Assembly: GCA_945861645.1 (NCBI GenBank)
Contig: CAMAVZ010000051.1
Coordinates: 1 to 12,525 of the forward strand
Origin: Opitutus sp. GAS368
GTDB taxonomy: Bacteria; Verrucomicrobiota; Verrucomicrobiia; Opitutales; Opitutaceae
Length of the DNA: 12,525 nt
Reading direction: 5' to 3'
Positions 7,965-12,525 of this stretch are shown piece after piece. Position numbers and translations under genes: made by a program. A model generated the notes under the pieces. That model searched no databases. It was not told where the DNA came from and worked only from the letters and a program-made list of their open reading frames with translations. Every line of letters begins with the position of its first letter. The stretch's first letter is position 1.

Positions 7965-9607
7965 CCGATGGAAATGCGGTAGCGCCGCACAATTTTTTGC
8001 GCGAGCCAGTTGACGAGCAGCGAAACTAGAAAAAGCACGACGCCGACCATGAAGAGGGCGCGATAGTGAATACTAGCGCGCACCACCTCGCCCATTTCTT
8101 GGGCGATAATGCCCGTCATCGTATGCACCGGCTGAAAGATTACCCCCAGCCCTGCGCCGACATCCGGAATCTCGATCCGATTACCCGCACAAAGCAGCAC
8201 GACCATCGTCTCCCCGACCACGCGACCGAAGCCAAGCAGGATGGCGGCCATAATGCCGGACAGGGCCGCCGGCACCGTAATTCGAATCATGGTCTGCAAG
8301 CGCGTAGCCCCCAGCGCCAGCGAGGCCTCCTTGAAAGCCCGCGGCACATTATTAATCGCATCCTCCGCCAAGGAAAAAATGGTGGGAATCGCCATGAGGG
8401 CTAACAAACAAGCGGCGGTCGTAGCATTGAGGCGCTCGGCCATCGGAAAACCTGGCACCCATTGCAAAGCGGGCATTTGCGACACGCTCCGCAGGGTTTC
8501 GCCCAACATCGCGATGCCAAAAAAACCTAACACGACGCTCGGAATCGCGGAAATAAATTCGATGTAAGGCTTGATAATTCGCTGTTCAATGGGCCCGGCC
8601 AATTGGTTGACATACATCGCCGCAGCTAAGCCCAAAGGAATCGCAATGAGCAGCGCCATAAACGCGATGAGCAGCGAACCCGTTAACAACGGAATGATCC
8701 CATACCAGTCTTGCCAAAAGCTGGCGGTGATCCATTCGCGCCCAAAAGCAAATGCATTGAGCGACTCAAATACCCCCACCGGCTTGGCCTGATCCCAAGC
8801 AGCCATTTGCTCCGCGGTCGACGCCAACTCCGCAAGATACTGCGTCAGGTAACCCGGAAACTTGGCCAGCCGAGCCTGCGCCGCGGCATCCGAGAAAGAC
8901 GGGAGCTGGGCGCTGAGCTGCTGCAGTTCTGTGACCAGCGCTGCATTGGCCGCTACGATTGCCGGCCGCAGCGCCAGCAGCGGCGCGACCTCGGCCTTAA
9001 AATCAATTACCTCAATCTGCATCGCCTCCGCCGCCTGTTTTAAACTGGCCGCGCGGGCGAGCGGAGCCGTCCGCATGCCGTCCAGCAGGGTTTGTTTGGC
9101 CTGCCGCAAGTCTTCCGCCACCATAGAGCGCTCTTTCAAACTGGAGCAAAGCTCCGTCATGGTGGCGAGCAGTGCCTCATGCGCCGAAATCGTTGCCGCA
9201 AAATGCTCAACAAAAACATCGTAGGCGGCTAATTGTTGGTTAGCGCTGGCCCCCGACCCACCCAGCCCCTGCGTCAAACGAACTAGCTCCTGTTGGCGCA
9301 ACGTTGATAAATAACGCACCAATGTGCTGTGCGCCGTGACCGGCGAACGCATAAGGTCAGTAAACTCAAGCCCAGCTTGGCGGTAGGTCTCTAGGTTCCG
9401 CCGATTCATCGGGATGAAACCCCAGGCGTCTCGAAAAATCGTGAAGGTGATTAAACCAAGCACGATAATAGATACCGCCGCATTCCCTTGGAAGATTAAC
9501 TTAATCAAACGATCCCCCGGCAGGCCAAAAAACCAACCGGTCCTTGGCCGCAACAATGCCGCTGAGGTAGAGGAACGTGGTCCCGCTGATGATGGGGCGG
9601 TGCGCAT
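7961..9607 (-). CDS. pstC: Phosphate ABC transporter permease PstC with a large helical insertion after TM1, 548 aa
   Basis: The core has [62 protein letters not shown] and ALF..G.VLF. There are about 220 extra Ala/Leu/Gln/Glu-rich residues between the first TM and the core. Confidence 0.93.
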   Translation of the reverse strand: MRTAPSSAGPRSSTSAALLRPRTGWFFGLPGDRLIKLIFQGNAAVSIIVLGLITFTIFRDAWGFIPMNRRNLETYRQAGLEFTDLMRSPVTAHSTLVRYLSTLRQQELVRLTQGLGGSGASANQQLAAYDVFVEHFAATISAHEALLATMTELCSSLKERSMVAEDLRQAKQTLLDGMRTAPLARAASLKQAAEAMQIEVIDFKAEVAPLLALRPAIVAANAALVTELQQLSAQLPSFSDAAAQARLAKFPGYLTQYLAELASTAEQMAAWDQAKPVGVFESLNAFAFGREWITASFWQDWYGIIPLLTGSLLIAFMALLIAIPLGLAAAMYVNQLAGPIEQRIIKPYIEFISAIPSVVLGFFGIAMLGETLRSVSQMPALQWVPGFPMAERLNATTAACLLALMAIPTIFSLAEDAINNVPRAFKEASLALGATRLQTMIRITVPAALSGIMAAILLGFGRVVGETMVVLLCAGNRIEIPDVGAGLGVIFQPVHTMTGIIAQEMGEVVRASIHYRALFMVGVVLFLVSLLVNWLAQKIVRRYRISIG

Positions 9608-9661
9608 GGTGTCTAAAGCCGAAGCATCGGGTCAGTCTGACCAGCTGGTCAACTAACCTAG

Positions 9662-9678
9662 GTTACAGTTAGGTGACA
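9662..9678 (-). promoter_or_regulatory. Pho-box-like site upstream of pstC
   Basis: On the - strand it reads TGTCAC-CTAAC-TGTAAC (11-bp period), 15/17 identical to TGTCAC-CTAAA-TGTCAC at 3199-3215. It lies 54 bp upstream of the pstC ATG. No convincing -10 at the usual spacing. Confidence 0.7.
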
Positions 9679-9716
9679 AATAAACTGACCCGAGCCCAGA
9701 ACAGGAGTGGGTCAGT
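9675..9716 (-). terminator. Probable intrinsic terminator or attenuator after pstS
   Basis: On the - strand, ACTGACCC (9716-9709) pairs with GGGTCAGT (9691-9684) and is followed by TTATTTGT. The 17-nt loop region is only partly pairable. Confidence 0.55.
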
Positions 9717-9726
9717 CGGTGAGAAT

Positions 9727-9759
9727 GTCGCCGCCCAACGCGAAGGCGCGGGCTGCGAC
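9727..9759 (-). repeat. GC-rich imperfect hairpin just downstream of the pstS stop
   Basis: On the - strand it reads GTCGC-A-GCCC-GCGC-CTTC-GCGT-T-GGGC-G-GCGAC, 13 nt after the pstS TAA. Confidence 0.55.
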
Positions 9760-9772
9760 CAAATGACGTGGA

Positions 9773-10606
9773 TTACTTAGCGGCGGGAAGAGGCACAAAA
9801 CCTGACTTTGCCACAATCTCCTGTCCCTCAGCGCTCAATAGATAGTCGATGAATTGACCGGCGAGTCCAGAGGGCTCGCCATTGGTGTAGAAGAAATTAG
9901 GCCGAGCATACGGGTAAGTTTTGTTGTGCACCGTCGCGACTTCTGGCCGCACCAAACTGCCATCTTTGAGCAAGATCGCCAAGACCTTAACCCCTTGCGC
10001 TTCTTTGTAGGCGATGCCGACGTAACCGATTCCGGCGGGGTTTTTACCGACTTCTGCGGCTATCTGCTCGTTGCCGGCCATCTTTTGCGAAGATGAGGCG
10101 TAATCACGCTTCTTCATCGCGAGATCCTTCCAATCTTGGTAGGTGCCGGAAGACGTATTGCGCGTATAAATCGAGAATGGTCCAGCGTTGCCACCAACCA
10201 CGCTCCAGTCCTTCACATCCCCAGCGAAGATTTGCTCAACTTGGCGCATGGTCAGCTGGGTTAGAGGATTGGATTCATGTACAATGACGGCCATCGCATC
10301 ATAAGAGACGACGCAGGGCTTCATGGTGACCCCTTTGGCTAAAGCGGTCGAAATCTCCGTGGGGCGCGCGCGCCGACTCGACATGCCGATATCAGCGGTA
10401 CCGTCGGTGATGGCAGCGATGCCCGTGGTTGATCCCTCGGCGGCGATTTCAAAAACAATCCCGGGGGTTTTGGCCCGATAAGCTTCCGCCAATTGTGGAA
10501 CCATTTTAGCCCCGAGGGTATCCGAGCCCTTGATGACTAGCTTTTGCGCCGAGGCCGATGTTGCCATTACGGCAACCACGGCAAGAAGAAGTATAGAATT
10601 TTTCAT
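9773..10606 (-). CDS. pstS: Phosphate ABC transporter periplasmic binding protein PstS (short type)
   Basis: It has a Sec signal peptide (MKNSILLLAVVAVMATSASA/QK) with no lipobox Cys. Phosphate-binding motifs are IKGSDT, EGSTTGI, DIGMSSR, RNTSSGT, GIGYVG and YPYARP. It is upstream of pstCAB. Confidence 0.95.
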   Translation of the reverse strand: MKNSILLLAVVAVMATSASAQKLVIKGSDTLGAKMVPQLAEAYRAKTPGIVFEIAAEGSTTGIAAITDGTADIGMSSRRARPTEISTALAKGVTMKPCVVSYDAMAVIVHESNPLTQLTMRQVEQIFAGDVKDWSVVGGNAGPFSIYTRNTSSGTYQDWKDLAMKKRDYASSSQKMAGNEQIAAEVGKNPAGIGYVGIAYKEAQGVKVLAILLKDGSLVRPEVATVHNKTYPYARPNFFYTNGEPSGLAGQFIDYLLSAEGQEIVAKSGFVPLPAAK

Positions 10607-10629
10607 TTTATAATAACGTTAAGATTTAA

Positions 10630-12009
10630 TTAGAACTTTGCGGTCAGATCGATTTGCAGGACATCAGCTTTGTTGAAACCCAGCCCGGCGGGCCCAGTTT
10701 TATCAATCGCCGTGGCCCGAAAGAAAGTGGCGGTGGTGCCGATGCTATCCGTCCAATTATAGCTCAGTGAGAGAATATAACCGTCGCCATTCACCCGCCC
10801 GGCATTGAAGTCGGAATCAAGTAAAATAGAGGTATAGGCCCCGGCCTCGACCGAGCGATACTCCGCGGTTGCCAACCAATCCCCAGGGTTACGCACCGCG
10901 CCATAACGCACGCCTAAGTTAAACATGGTATTATAATCAGGCGGATTGCCACTGGCGGCACTGTGAATGATCGGGGCGTTCACCGTGGTGCTGTACAGGC
11001 GATCGGCGCGAGCCGCTCCCTTGAAATTCATTCCATAAGTAGCATAAAAGCCAAGCGGCTTGCCGTTCGCCTTGATCACGTGCTCGAAGGGCAAAAGGAA
11101 AGTAGCCAGGTTGCCGTAGTTATTGGTATCACTGTTAATGGCCGAGCCCGTAACCTCAGGACCGGAAAAAACCATGAAGGTGGGGGCCAGGCGGGTGCCG
11201 TAGGGATTGTTTTCAAAAATATAAGTCTGGGAAAGTTCGGCCTGCCAGACCCACATTAAGTTGGGCTGATTGATAAAATCTCCACTGACCTTGCCAGCCG
11301 TACGTGAATTAGCGGACAATAGATACTGGCCCGCCCGCAAGGTGAGATTCCAGCCCTTCATCAACGCATCGTTATAGGTGAGATCTTCCGACAACCCTTC
11401 GAAGTTAATGTCTGAATCAATCCAGAATCCATTAATTCCTGGCGTTAAATAAGTATGGGCATGCTTGCCGATGCGAAAATCAACTTTGTCGGAACCGTGC
11501 CAGTTACTCGTGGCAAATTGCACAAAAACTTGGCCCACGTAGGCGGTATTACCATCTTTGGCAAAAATGGTTGAGCCCACATTGCCGAAATCATCGTTGG
11601 TCGAAGTGGCGCCATTCGCAGTCTCCAACCGGAAACCTGTCGTCCAATTATTGGCTAACGAGACGGTTGGTCCAAAACGAAAACGATAACGGTAACGACT
11701 CCGATCGTTATTGGCCCCCACCGCAGCGGAAGCAAAGTTCGGCACTTCATTATCGTACTGAAAGCGGACCCGCACATCACCGGCCAGCTTGAGGCCAGTC
11801 ACGCTTGAGGCTAAATTAAGTTTACCCGCCGGGGTATTCGCCACGAAGTCCTTGACGAGCTCGGCGCGAAGATCTTCCGCCTCCGTATCGTTGATGAGGC
11901 CTTTGCGCAACAACACTTCGATGAGCGGACCGCTGTCTTGCGCGAACGCCGCTCCAGCGCACAGAAGCGCCGCGGTGATCGCGAGGAATTTAGATTTTAG
12001 ATTAAGCAT
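10630..12009 (-). CDS. Putative outer-membrane beta-barrel porin, probably phosphate-starvation induced, 459 aa
   Basis: ATG 12009 gives the signal peptide MLNLKSKFLAITAALLCAGAAFA/QD. This is followed by an 'LIEVLLRKGLI...EAE.L' helical segment typical of 'putative porin' families, amphipathic strands (GDVRVRFQYD, RYRYRFRFG) and a C-terminal Phe (QIDLTAKF). The ORF-track ATG at 12075 falls inside the predicted -10 element. Confidence 0.8.
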   Translation of the reverse strand: MLNLKSKFLAITAALLCAGAAFAQDSGPLIEVLLRKGLINDTEAEDLRAELVKDFVANTPAGKLNLASSVTGLKLAGDVRVRFQYDNEVPNFASAAVGANNDRSRYRYRFRFGPTVSLANNWTTGFRLETANGATSTNDDFGNVGSTIFAKDGNTAYVGQVFVQFATSNWHGSDKVDFRIGKHAHTYLTPGINGFWIDSDINFEGLSEDLTYNDALMKGWNLTLRAGQYLLSANSRTAGKVSGDFINQPNLMWVWQAELSQTYIFENNPYGTRLAPTFMVFSGPEVTGSAINSDTNNYGNLATFLLPFEHVIKANGKPLGFYATYGMNFKGAARADRLYSTTVNAPIIHSAASGNPPDYNTMFNLGVRYGAVRNPGDWLATAEYRSVEAGAYTSILLDSDFNAGRVNGDGYILSLSYNWTDSIGTTATFFRATAIDKTGPAGLGFNKADVLQIDLTAKF

Positions 12010-12070
12010 GGGATGTGGTCTGAGTTGGTTTTGAGTAAGTGTAGCGGTAGGAACACCGCTGCACTTGGCG

Positions 12071-12114
12071 AACATAGTGGGGCTTTGTTACGGTTTCGTG
12101 ACGGCCGTGTGACA
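12071..12114 (-). promoter_or_regulatory. PhoB-activated promoter for the porin-pstS operon (three Pho-box half-sites plus -10)
   Basis: On the - strand it reads TGTCAC(12114-12109)-ACGGC-CGTCAC-GAAAC-CGTAAC(12092-12087), then 10 bp, then TATGTT (12076-12071). The 11-bp repeat period and 10-bp gap to the -10 match the canonical Pho promoter geometry. Confidence 0.8.
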
Positions 12115-12450
12115 ACGCGGGAAATTGCCCGCGCCTTAATCCTACCGCGCACCCTGTCGTCTGGGATCTCACCCCTTGCAGGGAGAGCGCGCGCCTAACG
12201 ACGACCTCCATCCCTGGCGGGCTTGCGAGTAGTCTCATGGCGGCCCAGGCCGGCCCATCATTGATCGGCAAATTATCTGCCGGTGCCGCGGCTACTGATG
12301 ACGGCTACTATAAATTTACGGTGCACCTAATTGACGCAAGGTACCACGAACGCTGAGCACATCCTAGCCAAGGCCGAGCATATTGCTGCCCGCGCCCCTG
12401 CCGGAGAAAATCCGACCGGGTGGCACGATTAAATCTTCAGCGCGCCAGCG

Positions 12451-12525
12451 CTAGCGGGGAGGCAACGAGGCGGGGATATAAGGCGTCGAGGGCAGCTTCG
12501 CATGCTTAGCAAACTCCTCCGCCTT
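12451..12525 (-). CDS. Possible 3' end of an upstream gene truncated by the window edge (...KAEEFAKHAKLPSTPYIPASLPPR*)
   Basis: The frame is open from 12525 to TAG at 12453-12451 with protein-like composition. Only 24 codons are visible, so no function can be assigned. Confidence 0.35.
   Translation of the reverse strand, partial: KAEEFAKHAKLPSTPYIPASLPPR

Noticed and set aside
10607..12009. Lower GC appearance of the porin gene and porin-pstS spacer as a sign of horizontal transfer
   Set aside because: It is explained by Asn/Phe/Tyr/Thr-rich porin composition and an AT-rich initiation region. The gene is integrated under a Pho promoter, and GC was not computed.
5289..12034. Numerous + strand ORFs within phoU, the pst genes and the porin (e.g. 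6918-7556)
   Set aside because: They lie opposite well-supported genes and show no independent coding signal.
12010..12075. 22-aa N-terminal extension of the porin given by the ORF track
   Set aside because: The ATG lies inside the predicted -10 (TATGTT), and the signal peptide begins at ATG 12009.
681..12452. 13-bp inverted match AGCGCTGGCGCGC (681-693) / GCGCGCCAGCGCT (12440-12452) flanking the locus
   Set aside because: A low-complexity GC-rich 13-mer match is expected by chance in 12.5 kb. There is no transposase, integrase or target-site duplication, so it is not evidence of a mobile element.
1..12525. CRISPR array, tRNA, rRNA, IS or prophage elements
   Set aside because: No regularly spaced repeats, cloverleaf motifs, rRNA signatures or mobility genes were seen.

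Overview
This bacterial window is dominated by a complete phosphate-starvation (Pho) locus. phoB-phoR lie on the + strand and converge on a - strand run of outer-membrane porin, pstS, pstC, pstA, pstB and phoU. To the left, a - strand pair encodes a ThuA-family protein and a 466-aa two-lobed ferritin-like protein with an intact diiron motif (DUF455-like). This pair converges on the 3' end of a probable six-hairpin (alpha/alpha)6 glycosidase-like gene cut by the window edge. I read three Pho-box-like arrays of (T/C)GT(C/A)AC-like hexamers at exact 11-bp spacing. One is upstream of the porin with a correctly spaced -10, one is between pstS and pstC overlapping a terminator, and one is upstream of phoB but in the orientation opposite to phoB. 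The most interesting items are the uncharacterised ThuA + diiron-protein pair and its possible Pho control, the dense regulatory architecture of the pstS-pstC spacer, and a ~220-aa helical insertion in PstC. Gene style (no Shine-Dalgarno, CCATG starts, porin-led pst cluster) suggests Verrucomicrobiota/Opitutales, but that is inference only. No mobile element, CRISPR array, tRNA or rRNA was seen.
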